A DNA stretch of 33,640 nt from Nitrosopumilaceae archaeon (lineage in GTDB: Archaea > Thermoproteota > Nitrososphaeria > Nitrososphaerales > Nitrosopumilaceae), in assembly GCA_041634015.1 (NCBI GenBank), contig JBFJMG010000001.1, forward strand, positions 1 through 33,640. Direction: 5' to 3'. The translations under genes were made by a program, and so were the position numbers. Below, in pieces: positions 1 through 8,206 of this stretch. The notes under the pieces were generated by a model that was given only the letters and a program-made list of their open reading frames with translations, was not told where the DNA came from and searched no databases. Each line of letters starts with the position of its first letter. Within the stretch, counting starts at the first letter, position 1.

Positions 1-69
1 AGCTTGTCTCATTCACGATTTAAAAGAAATAAATCAACGATAAATATCCCCAAAACAAAGGCAGAAAAA

Positions 70-591
70 ATGGCAAATAAAATCTACAAATTATCACTAA
101 TTGGAATAATGGCAATTCTTGTCTTTGGTGCGGTTATGGCCTATAATGGATACCAAACCACTGTTTATCCAATGGATTTGGCAAGAGGTAACCTAGAAGG
201 AATAGGGGCCTCTTCTGATCCTCAGACAATTATGAATCATCTAAACGCCGCCAAGGAAAACATACCCAAGGAGGGAAACCCAGTTTGGATATTTCCAACT
301 GAAACAACAAATTTTGCTAGGATTCAGGCTGACTTGGATGTTATGATTCAAAGTGTCGAAAAGATTTCGACAGTCCCTAGAGATAGTTCAGCATATCATA
401 CCGGAATGCTTGATGTAAATGATAGAGCTAAAATTATCAAAGAAAACCTAGAGGATGCAACTCCCTACATGTATGTCAGCGTTTCCAATGTAATTTTTAG
501 CTCAATTTGGATAGCAGTAATTATTGGAATCTTTGCTATTCTAAAAAGAAAGAAAGAACAACTAACCCATGATGATATGTTAGATGTTTAG
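70..591 (+). CDS. hypothetical membrane protein (two TM helices flanking a hydrophilic domain)
   Basis: The ORF is open from a TTG at 4 and the first ATG is at 70. Hydrophobic segments LSLIGIMAILVFGAVMAY (N-terminal) and VIFSSIWIAVIIGIFAIL (C-terminal) bracket about 130 hydrophilic residues. No family was recognised. Confidence 0.55.
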   Translation: MANKIYKLSLIGIMAILVFGAVMAYNGYQTTVYPMDLARGNLEGIGASSDPQTIMNHLNAAKENIPKEGNPVWIFPTETTNFARIQADLDVMIQSVEKISTVPRDSSAYHTGMLDVNDRAKIIKENLEDATPYMYVSVSNVIFSSIWIAVIIGIFAILKRKKEQLTHDDMLDV

Positions 592-1922
592 GCTATGCTT
601 AACTCTGACCTAATTTGATCAACAGCTCTGATTCCATAAATATCTCTGACTTGTTTTATTCTAATTGTTTCTTTTAGCAGATCTCGTCCAAGTGAGTTCG
701 ATAAAATACTAAAGACATCTGAAAAACGAATCTCCCACCTATCTGCACAATCCAAAATCTTGCTGACTGCCCACCTTCGAACGTCTTGAGGAATTGGCAT
801 TTTTTGTTGTGACTCTATTGATAGCTTGTCAAACATGTTAATAATCTGCACAGTTTGCTCTGCCATGTTTTCTAGATCTTTTAGCTCGCCGTATTTTGAC
901 TCAGAATTCATTCTTAGATTTGATTGATATTCGGATAGTTTCAATAATGCCATTATTTCCTTTGAAGAGTCATCTGAGGATTTGTTGGTTACATGTTTTA
1001 AGCCTTGAAGCTCTTGGAATACCTTGTCTGTTTTGGTATGAAACTCAGAAGCAGAATCCTCCGATCTTTTTACCATCTCAGCTAGTGAGGAGATTCTCTG
1101 CTCAATTGTGTTAGTTTTGTTGTATACATTATCTTTGAAATCTGAAAAATCTGTCTGGACTGATTTGAGCCCTTCACCCACAAATGCAGTCGCATCTGCT
1201 CTTTTAATTAGGGAATTTAGTTCAGTTTGCAGGGAATCAATTTTACCTGGTACATCTGAGAACGCATTTGTTTGTCCTGAGATGGTTTCGAATTGTTTTT
1301 TTAAACCATCGATAACTCCAGATAAGGAACCAATTTTTTCAGCTTTGAATGATATTGCATCAATTTTTTCTTTTATGTTGTTTAATTCTGAAGAAAACTC
1401 TGAGCTTGATTCATTTTTTATGGAAACCTTTCGCAGATCCTCTCTAACTTCATCAACTCTTTGCGCTATTTTGATAATCATCTTTGAATTATTTTGAATC
1501 GACTCCATGCTCTCTGACACTTTCTGATTCAGAGGCGAGGTTTTTTGCGAATCTTCGATTTTATGAATTTGTTCTTGGAGTTTTTCTGTTTGTGAATTTA
1601 TCTTATTTACTAGACTCGATTGACTTCGAAATTCATTGAGGCCCGAAAAGAGCTTTTTAGAATCTTCTTCTAAGATGTTAATTTGTTTGGATTGTTTTTG
1701 GATGTATTCTAATGTTGAAGTAAGGGAATCAATCATTTTTTTCATCGATAAAAGGACCTTTTGATTATCCGCAAAAATTTTGGTCATGGATTTAATTTCT
1801 TTTGATAATGTTTTGGTCGTATCCGAAAGCCCTCCCACCTTTTTTAAAACCGCCGCAGGTGTGGGTTCTTTTTTCGCAGTTTTTCTCTTTTTAGTCTCTG
1901 ATTTTTTTTTAGTTGTGGCCAA
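588..1922 (-). CDS. long coiled-coil protein with Lys-rich N-terminal tail and small globular C-terminus, function unknown
   Basis: 444 aa ORF. It has a basic tail (TTKKKSETKKRKTAKKE), then about 330 aa of S/E/K/Q/L-rich heptad-like sequence, then the C-terminal region VRRWAVSKILDCADRWEIRF...VRDIYGIRAVDQIRSEL. The start is TTG at 1922, with the AT box CTTTTTTATC (1945-1954, minus strand) about 27 nt upstream. Confidence 0.6.
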   Translation of the reverse strand: MATTKKKSETKKRKTAKKEPTPAAVLKKVGGLSDTTKTLSKEIKSMTKIFADNQKVLLSMKKMIDSLTSTLEYIQKQSKQINILEEDSKKLFSGLNEFRSQSSLVNKINSQTEKLQEQIHKIEDSQKTSPLNQKVSESMESIQNNSKMIIKIAQRVDEVREDLRKVSIKNESSSEFSSELNNIKEKIDAISFKAEKIGSLSGVIDGLKKQFETISGQTNAFSDVPGKIDSLQTELNSLIKRADATAFVGEGLKSVQTDFSDFKDNVYNKTNTIEQRISSLAEMVKRSEDSASEFHTKTDKVFQELQGLKHVTNKSSDDSSKEIMALLKLSEYQSNLRMNSESKYGELKDLENMAEQTVQIINMFDKLSIESQQKMPIPQDVRRWAVSKILDCADRWEIRFSDVFSILSNSLGRDLLKETIRIKQVRDIYGIRAVDQIRSELSIA

Positions 1923-1974
1923 CTAATTAGAAATACCGGGAATGGATAAAAAAGTTGGGAAAAAAAGAAAAAAG

Positions 1975-2190
1975 TTAGTGGTTAACAACTTCTGGCTCAT
2001 GAAGTAACTCATGGAAGATTTTTTCAGTCAGTCCGTTGCTTGACTCCACAAAACCTCTTTTGCAATATTCACACTGAATCATACCAGTACGGTATGGTAC
2101 CGTACTATTAATAGCTGGGTAATTGTAACCTGACCAGTTTTTAGCAGTCAGATACCCCAGGTATATCTCATCAAAAATCAGAAAACCCAA
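1975..2190 (-). CDS. small C2H2-like zinc-finger protein
   Basis: Motif QCEYCKRGF-x12-FHELLH (C-x2-C-x3-F ... H-x3-H). The TTG at 2190 gives 71 aa. An alternative ATG at 2082 gives 35 aa and has the TATA-like box TATTAATA (2106-2113) about 27 nt upstream. The start is unresolved. Confidence 0.4.
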   Translation of the reverse strand: MGFLIFDEIYLGYLTAKNWSGYNYPAINSTVPYRTGMIQCEYCKRGFVESSNGLTEKIFHELLHEPEVVNH

Positions 2191-2461
2191 TCATCATTCT
2201 GCGAGTAAATCTGTGAATTACTATCATAAAGAGATTGAGGCATATGGTCATGCAAAAAGACTTCTAGGTTTTTTCGATTTTGGATAAATCATGCCAAGAG
2301 GAAATCTTTGGAATTTCTCATTTTTTTATACACAGGATTATGTCTGTATCTCCATGGCAATTTGGTAAATCAAATTGAATTATTTTATCCCAAGTTCAAA
2401 ATATTTTTTGTAATCAAAAACGAAAACTGTCGACATATTTGTAGAATCTAACTGTTTTTAT

Positions 2462-3805
2462 GTGAATTATACCTCAAGCGTTCAGATGCAAAATTATTTT
2501 CTTCAGATGGATTCTGAAAATCTTCAAAGCTCCATTACAGATTCATTGTCAAACATAGTGGAACAATTAACTCCCGAACTTCCACACACAACTTTTGTAA
2601 CTGACTTGGCAATCATAATGATTGTTGGAGCCATTGTCACATTGGCTTTCTTTAAAATTCGCCAACCGCTAATAATTGGTTATTTATTTGCAGGAATGCT
2701 AATTGGACCTCTTTCGCCGCTGTGGGCTTGGCTGCTTCCAGAAGGTGGACCGGGATCTATTGCGATTGATGGAGTAGGAATTTTATCAGATGTAGAAGCC
2801 TTGAACCTTTTTGCTGAGATAGGTGTTATTCTTTTACTCTTTGTTATTGGAATTGAGTTTCCCTACTCGAAAATCCGCTCGATTGGAAAAGTTGCAATAG
2901 GTGTTGGAACAATAGGGTTGTTTTTGACTTTGGGAGTCGTATTTTTAGTTGCAAATGCCTTTGAAATGAGTTTCATGGATTCATTATTTTTGGCTGCAGC
3001 ACTATCAATTAGCAGTACTGCAATTATCGTAAAAATACTCACAGAGGCTGGAAAAATAAAACGAGAATCATCGATTCTTGTTCTTGGAATTTTAATTGTT
3101 GAAGATGTTATTGCTGTCATTTTAATTTCATCTTTACAATCTATTGCCCTTGTTGGCACCATTTCAGTTGAGGGTGTAATTGTCGTGATTTTGGTGGCAG
3201 CAGGATTAATTATTGGAACCTTCACCATTGGAACTAGGACTATTCCAAAATTAATTGATAAGGTAGCATCTGCTGAAAACAGTGAAATTTTACTTTTGAG
3301 TGTTTTGGGGGTATGTTTTGGTTATGCTCTTTTGGCAAATATTGTCGGCTTATCGGTAGCAATTGGTGCATTTTTAGCTGGAGTTTTAGTCGCTGAATCA
3401 AAATCTGCTGAAGTTTCCAAGCTCTTGTCTAGCCCAATTAAGGACATGTTTGTTGCAATATTTTTCGTCTCTGTTGGAGCTTTAATGGATATTGGCCAGC
3501 TAAATAACTACATTTTCCTTGCTCTTGCAATCATTGCTGCGGCCACTGGGATGAAATTCGGTGGCAATCTGTTGGGCAACTTTTTATTTAGACAACCTAC
3601 CAAAAAATCCCTAAGATCTGCATTTACCTTAGCTGCCCCTAGGGGAGAATTCTCAATTGTCATAGTTAAAGCAGGTGTGGATATTGGTGCAGCAAGTGCA
3701 TTTTTGTTCCCACTAATTGGTGTAATTTCAATAATCACTGCATTTATCTCGCCATTTTTAATTAAGGCTAGTGATAAAGTAGTTTCAAGAATAAAGGAGA
3801 ATTAA
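2462..3805 (+). CDS. cation:proton antiporter, CPA2/Kef-type Na+/H+ exchanger family (membrane domain only)
   Basis: 447 aa polytopic membrane protein. It shows family-typical stretches: IIGYLFAGMLIGP, LFAEIGVILLLFVIGIEF, AIGAFLAGVLVAES and FFVSVGALMD. GTG start, with alternative ATG codons at aa 9 and 16. No KTN/TrkA domain is present. Confidence 0.8.
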   Translation: MNYTSSVQMQNYFLQMDSENLQSSITDSLSNIVEQLTPELPHTTFVTDLAIIMIVGAIVTLAFFKIRQPLIIGYLFAGMLIGPLSPLWAWLLPEGGPGSIAIDGVGILSDVEALNLFAEIGVILLLFVIGIEFPYSKIRSIGKVAIGVGTIGLFLTLGVVFLVANAFEMSFMDSLFLAAALSISSTAIIVKILTEAGKIKRESSILVLGILIVEDVIAVILISSLQSIALVGTISVEGVIVVILVAAGLIIGTFTIGTRTIPKLIDKVASAENSEILLLSVLGVCFGYALLANIVGLSVAIGAFLAGVLVAESKSAEVSKLLSSPIKDMFVAIFFVSVGALMDIGQLNNYIFLALAIIAAATGMKFGGNLLGNFLFRQPTKKSLRSAFTLAAPRGEFSIVIVKAGVDIGAASAFLFPLIGVISIITAFISPFLIKASDKVVSRIKEN

Positions 3806-4237
3806 TTGTCTGAAGAAGAATTAAAGAAAATGTTAGAGCGTGTCCATGAAGGGGTTTCGACCTTTGATTATAGCGGAACCACAATTCCGAGCATAATTTT
3901 GCCTGCAAGAAAATTTGATGAAATAATGGCAAAGGTAGCAGGAAAGGCAGTCTCGGTAGACACTAATCTGAATATCCTACAAGATGGGATGGGACATGTG
4001 TTTGTAGAAGTTTCTATGACTTTTTCAGACGGCGGAATAAATGAAAAATACTTACTCAATGCCAATGAGCATATTGATTTTTTTGAGTTATTGGCAAAAA
4101 ATTCGATGTTGGCCCTAGTTCCAGTTGGATCTGAGAATGAAAGCAAGGTGTTTATGATTCAGCTTCCACGACCAGAAAGGGCAGTTAATGCTCTTAATAT
4201 CATAAAAACAGGTCTAGAAGGCGCCCAATCAAAATAG
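3806..4237 (+). CDS. hypothetical protein abutting the antiporter gene
   Basis: 143 aa ORF whose TTG start immediately follows the antiporter TAA. An alternative ATG lies at 3830. No family was recognised. Confidence 0.45.
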   Translation: MSEEELKKMLERVHEGVSTFDYSGTTIPSIILPARKFDEIMAKVAGKAVSVDTNLNILQDGMGHVFVEVSMTFSDGGINEKYLLNANEHIDFFELLAKNSMLALVPVGSENESKVFMIQLPRPERAVNALNIIKTGLEGAQSK

Positions 4238-4240
4238 AAA

Positions 4241-4314
4241 TGCAGTTGCCGGGATTCGGACCCGGGTCACGAACTTGGCAAGCTCGAATAATAACCAAAC
4301 TATACTACAACTGC
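4241..4314 (-). tRNA. tRNA-Gly (anticodon GCC)
   Basis: The reverse complement folds as a cloverleaf. Acceptor is GCAGTTG/CAACTGC. The anticodon stem CGAGC/GTTCG carries loop TTGCCAA. The T-arm is CCGGG-TCCGAAT-CCCGG and the discriminator is A. No CCA and no intron are encoded. Confidence 0.9.
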
Positions 4315-4369
4315 TCAACGAAATTTTCTTAATTTTCTCTATTAAAGGGTACTGATTTTTTTAACAGTG

Positions 4370-4377
4370 TTTTTAAT
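4370..4377 (+). promoter_or_regulatory. TATA-like box (TTTTTAAT) about 25 nt upstream of ATG 4399
   Basis: The spacing matches the recurrent TATA-to-start-codon distance seen across this window. Confidence 0.35.
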
Positions 4378-4398
4378 CTTAATTGGCAAAGACATAGA

Positions 4399-4671
4399 AT
4401 GGACAAAAGAGTGGAAGAAAAAATTCATGAAAAAATTTCTGAAATTTTTTTAAAAAACAACGAGATTAAAACAGTTGTTTCCAGCTTAGAAAATCTAAGT
4501 GCTGAGAAAAACTCGTTTGGTTATGGGATCGTAATTGGACGACTCTATAATTCATTTTATTATCAATGCAGACGGATACTCAAACGAAGTCCAACTAATG
4601 AGGAATTTTTGGAATTTTTGGAACTGATTAAAACACGCGAAAATGAGTTTAAAGAAAAACTAATTTTTTAA
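4399..4671 (+). CDS. small hypothetical protein, paralogue of 13716-14015
   Basis: 90 aa. It shares an ungapped motif of about 50 aa (F-x-YG-x2-IGRL ... R-x-P-x2-EE-x-LE ... E-x-[KR]-EK) with the 99 aa ORF at 13716. Confidence 0.55.
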   Translation: MDKRVEEKIHEKISEIFLKNNEIKTVVSSLENLSAEKNSFGYGIVIGRLYNSFYYQCRRILKRSPTNEEFLEFLELIKTRENEFKEKLIF

Positions 4672-5178
4672 ACTTTCTTTTAAGGGGATTACTTTAATCG
4701 TTGGAGTTCCTGGCAATTTAACACACGCATTTCTCATTGCTTTTTTGGTTTGTTCCAAATGCTCTTTTTTTACGCTAATTTCCATGATGCATTGACCTTG
4801 TTTTACACGAGCTGCCAAACTAACAGCCTTGCCAAATGCTCTTCTCATGCCCTCTTGCAATCTATCCGCACCTGCAGTTGCAATCATTTTATTTTCTCTT
4901 AGCAAAACATGTGGAAAGATACGCAGTCTTGAAAAGTATCCCGTTTCGCCAGCAAATTTCTCTACTTGTTTGTTGGCAGCTAATCTGTAAGATTCAATTG
5001 CCATATGTCTTATCTGGATCTTCTCGTTGATGAGAATTTGTACACAATAATCATAATCACCGGCTTTTCCTCCTTGGTATTTGGCAATTTTCGTTTGAGG
5101 TTTGCCTTTTATGTACTCCTTTCTCGCATATGGTTGTCCGTTGCCCTTTCGATAATTTGCTCCGTGCATAACACTCAT
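4660..5178 (-). CDS. rpl10e: 50S ribosomal protein L10e (uL16)
   Basis: Contains GANYRKGNGQPYARKEYIKGKPQTKIAKYQGG and other L10e-typical sequence. The ORF track starts at 5199. The ATG at 5178 lies about 25 nt downstream of a TTAAAATA box (5199-5206, minus strand), so 5178 is preferred. Confidence 0.9.
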   Translation of the reverse strand: MSVMHGANYRKGNGQPYARKEYIKGKPQTKIAKYQGGKAGDYDYCVQILINEKIQIRHMAIESYRLAANKQVEKFAGETGYFSRLRIFPHVLLRENKMIATAGADRLQEGMRRAFGKAVSLAARVKQGQCIMEISVKKEHLEQTKKAMRNACVKLPGTPTIKVIPLKESLKN

Positions 5179-5281
5179 TCCTAAAGCAAAGATGCCCATA
5201 TTTTAACGGTAGGCTGTTTTTGAATTGTTTCAAAAGAAAACCTAGTCTATGCTTATATTGAAAAAAACAAAATGATCTGGA

Positions 5282-5848
5282 ATGGAGATTGAGGCAGAAC
5301 CACAAGTAACTGGGATTCTATCAAAAGATCTTACAATAATCAAAGATAAAGCAATGCAACATGACCTTGAGCTTAGAGGTTTTGGGGAGCTTGAGAGAAA
5401 AGATTTCATTTTAAGACCATTTGAATCACTATATCTTCTATTTTGTAATAGGTTAGTTCTAACGAAACAAAAAAAGAAAATTGATTTTGATTCATTGTTG
5501 CAAATTTGCAAAAAAAACGACTCTGATATACTAACTAAATTTTTAATATATCGCGATCTTCGAGTTCGTGGTTATGTCGTAAAAGATGGATTTGGATTTG
5601 GTACGGATTTTCGTGTGTACGAGAGAGGTCATTTTGGAGAAAAGGGGGCAAAGTATCTAATTTTTGGACTAAATGAGGGGAGGCAAGAAAAGATGGGCTC
5701 ACTGCGGAAAAAAATTGAACAGATAACACAAATGGGCAAAGAGCCAATTATTGCAGTGGTAGAAAGACGTGGCGAAATAATTTACTATAAAATCTCAACC
5801 ATGAATTTTCTGGAAAATAAACACAAAAATGAAAAAATTACCTTCTAA
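5282..5848 (+). CDS. endA: tRNA-splicing (intron) endonuclease
   Basis: 188 aa. The catalytic-domain signature is YRDLRVRGYVVKDGFGFGTDFRVYERG followed by KYLIF. The N-terminal region is typical of archaeal EndA. Confidence 0.85.
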   Translation: MEIEAEPQVTGILSKDLTIIKDKAMQHDLELRGFGELERKDFILRPFESLYLLFCNRLVLTKQKKKIDFDSLLQICKKNDSDILTKFLIYRDLRVRGYVVKDGFGFGTDFRVYERGHFGEKGAKYLIFGLNEGRQEKMGSLRKKIEQITQMGKEPIIAVVERRGEIIYYKISTMNFLENKHKNEKITF

Positions 5849-6534
5849 GTCTCCAGAGCCCATTCTGAAGAATACTTTAAAAGGTTATTTTTTTCTGCAT
5901 ATTCAAAATCGTAAATCTCGATAAACTTTGTTTTGTTTTCCCACAAGTCTTCAAAATCTTTCATTTTCGTATCTACTCTGGATTTATCATTCCAAGATGT
6001 AAAGACATCCACTGACTCAAAATTATTATTCAGAGTATCAAAAGTTTCATTTGCGGTTCCAGTAAAAGCAACAATATCGTCATGTGAATCAATAAAGATA
6101 CCAATTTTCTCTGAAAAGGATCCTGTGATTTCCTCAGAATTCGGTATAGCAATTTTTATTTCGATTTTCTTATTTTCCACAATTTTTTTCAGGTTCTTTA
6201 TTTTTGTATCTTGAATTAATTTTTCCTTTATGGAATAATTTCCAAATAATTTTGTCAAGAGATCTAGGTCTGAAACCCGGAACCTATGTCCTGAGATTAT
6301 CCTTAATTTTGCTTTGTTATTGACAAAATTGGTGAATCCCAAAGCAAGCGTTGCTAAACTTTTAACAGAAATGTATTCTATGCATCTGTCGTATTCTATA
6401 CAATTGCTCAGGCAGGGAAGGAAAAATTCTGAAAAGATATTATTTCGATCAGAGCGATATTCTTCCTTTAGGTTGAGTTTTCTCAGAGATTCCCCTGAAG
6501 TAAATAATGACACAAGAAATATTGCGTCATTCAT
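5845..6534 (-). CDS. stand-alone PLD-like (HKD-fold) domain protein with Ser replacing the catalytic His
   Basis: 229 aa. CIEYISVKSLATLALGFTNFVNNKAKLRIISGHRF resembles the N-terminal PLD-like module fused to helicases and nucleases. The HKD-equivalent region reads FSEKIGIFIDSHDDIVAFTGTANET (S-x-K ... G-T-x-N). Confidence 0.6.
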   Translation of the reverse strand: MNDAIFLVSLFTSGESLRKLNLKEEYRSDRNNIFSEFFLPCLSNCIEYDRCIEYISVKSLATLALGFTNFVNNKAKLRIISGHRFRVSDLDLLTKLFGNYSIKEKLIQDTKIKNLKKIVENKKIEIKIAIPNSEEITGSFSEKIGIFIDSHDDIVAFTGTANETFDTLNNNFESVDVFTSWNDKSRVDTKMKDFEDLWENKTKFIEIYDFEYAEKNNLLKYSSEWALET

Positions 6535-6668
6535 TTTATAAACAATTGTTAAAAATCTCTCTCATAACCATTCTAAAAATCACAGCAGAAAATGACTTTA
6601 TCCTTTTTCTTATGAATAATTGATAAGTTATACGCGCCTCTTATATCCAGAAAATACAATTTTACAGT

Positions 6669-6803
6669 ATGGTAAATCAAACCTTATCAAAACAACCCTC
6701 AACGAATGATTCTGAGATTTCATGGAAGGATGTAAGGGGACTTTCATGGTTGTTTTTAGAAGAAATTGAGAATAAATCCAAAACTACCTTTGCTTGCGCA
6801 TAG
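6669..6803 (+). CDS. possible small ORF (44 aa) in a long intergenic gap
   Basis: ATG at 6669, with a TTATAT box (6641-6646) about 25 nt upstream. Protein is MVNQTLSKQPSTNDSEISWKDVRGLSWLFLEEIENKSKTTFACA. There is no family support. Confidence 0.25.
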   Translation: MVNQTLSKQPSTNDSEISWKDVRGLSWLFLEEIENKSKTTFACA

Positions 6804-7046
6804 GTATCTATCTTTTTTCAAGACATTAGTTTTCTACAAGAAACCAAAGCAAAAACTTGTAAAAAACACCCAGATTTTCTCAATTATTTACCAGTGAATG
6901 TCCTAGATTCTCTATTAAATTTCTGATTCTGATTATCAGCTATTACTGAAATTATCCTTGAAAAATTAGTACGAAATGATTTGGTAGAATTGATGTGTTT
7001 GTCATACAACAAACATCGTGTTATTAACTATCATGTTTGATTTACG

Positions 7047-8138
7047 GTGTTGCTTATTGAAGAAAATACGGAAAAATTCCTAGATTCGAAGCAAATTGAG
7101 CGCCTTTTAAAAATAGAACGCGCTTTGGATTTACATTCAATCCTTGCAATTACAGACAAAGAAGGAACCATTACATATGTAAATGAAAAATTCTGTAAAA
7201 TTTCAAAATATTCTGAAAAAGAGTTGTTAAATCAAAATCATCGAATTCTAAAGTCTGGATTTCATCCACCAGAATTCTTCAAAGGTATGTGGAATCGTAT
7301 AGCCTCGGGTAAAACCTGGCAGGGTGAGGTCAAAAACAAGGCAAAAGATGGAACTTTTTATTGGGTAAAGACGGTGATTGTTCCAATTTTAGATAAATAC
7401 GAAAATGTTCAGGAATATGTTTCGATTAGAACGGACATTACAAAAGAAAAACAAATGCAAGAAGAATTAATTGCAAATCAAGAACTATTGGTAAAAAATG
7501 AAAGATTGGCTACAATCGGTGAGATCTCATCAAGAATAAATCATGATTTGAAAAACCCACTTCAAGTAATTAGAGGATATACCGGATTACTCGAGTGTGA
7601 ACTTGAAGGAAAAAAATCAGAGGAAGTGAAAAAATGTTTTTCGCTAATTAATCAAGCAATCTCCGAAATAGAATCTCTCTCAAATGATATTTTGGATTAT
7701 GTACGGCATTCTGAAATTTCCATGGAAAGTACAAAGTTGAGTAATGTTTTAAAAACATCAATGCAACTGATGGAAATTCCTCCCTCTGTTAAAATTCATC
7801 TCCCTGAAAAAGAATTTACCCTTTCTTGTGATTCAAAAAAATTATCTGTAGTTTTTTGTAATATATTTAAAAATGCTATTCAGGCTATGAACAATTCGGG
7901 GAATATTACCATACATGCATACGAAAACAAAAACTATCTTTCAGTAGAAATTGAGGATTCTGGCCCTGGAATTGAGGAGACTAATTTTAAAAAAATTTTT
8001 GAGGCATTGTTTACTACAAAACCCAAAGGAACGGGGTTAGGTCTTGCAAGTTGTAAAAATATAGTGGAAAAACATGGTGGGACGATTGCAGTTAGAAATG
8101 ACCCCACCACTTTTACTATTAGATTACCAATAAATTAA
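7047..8138 (+). CDS. cytoplasmic PAS-domain sensor histidine kinase
   Basis: 363 aa with no TM segment. PAS region: TDKEGTITYVNEKFCKISKY...KNKAKDGTFYWV...IRTDITKEK. H-box: INHDLKNPL. The ATP lid is canonical (EDSGPGI, GTGLGL). GTG start. Confidence 0.85.
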   Translation: MLLIEENTEKFLDSKQIERLLKIERALDLHSILAITDKEGTITYVNEKFCKISKYSEKELLNQNHRILKSGFHPPEFFKGMWNRIASGKTWQGEVKNKAKDGTFYWVKTVIVPILDKYENVQEYVSIRTDITKEKQMQEELIANQELLVKNERLATIGEISSRINHDLKNPLQVIRGYTGLLECELEGKKSEEVKKCFSLINQAISEIESLSNDILDYVRHSEISMESTKLSNVLKTSMQLMEIPPSVKIHLPEKEFTLSCDSKKLSVVFCNIFKNAIQAMNNSGNITIHAYENKNYLSVEIEDSGPGIEETNFKKIFEALFTTKPKGTGLGLASCKNIVEKHGGTIAVRNDPTTFTIRLPIN

Positions 8139-8206
8139 GAAATCATTCAATAGAAATTTAGAAACAAATTTGAGATCTTAGGTTTGGCTTTGATTAAAAA
8201 AATTAG

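Noticed and set aside
896-1497. Plus-strand ORFs 896-1114 and 1108-1497 inside the coiled-coil gene
   Set aside because: They are antisense to a much longer, compositionally coherent ORF (588-1922). Their peptides are Leu/Ser/Phe-rich, as expected from reading an AT-rich, Lys/Glu-rich gene backwards. No promoter spacing supports them.
2863-4146. Minus-strand ORFs 2863-3228, 3508-3738 and 3868-4146
   Set aside because: They are fully embedded antisense in the antiporter gene and the downstream ORF. They are shadow ORFs with no independent signals.
4836-5747. ORFs 4836-5030 (+), 5057-5305 (-), 5242-5511 (-) and 5535-5747 (-)
   Set aside because: They overlap the well-supported rpl10e and endA genes or span their shared promoter region. 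The sequences are low-complexity or Cys/Phe-rich shadow translations.
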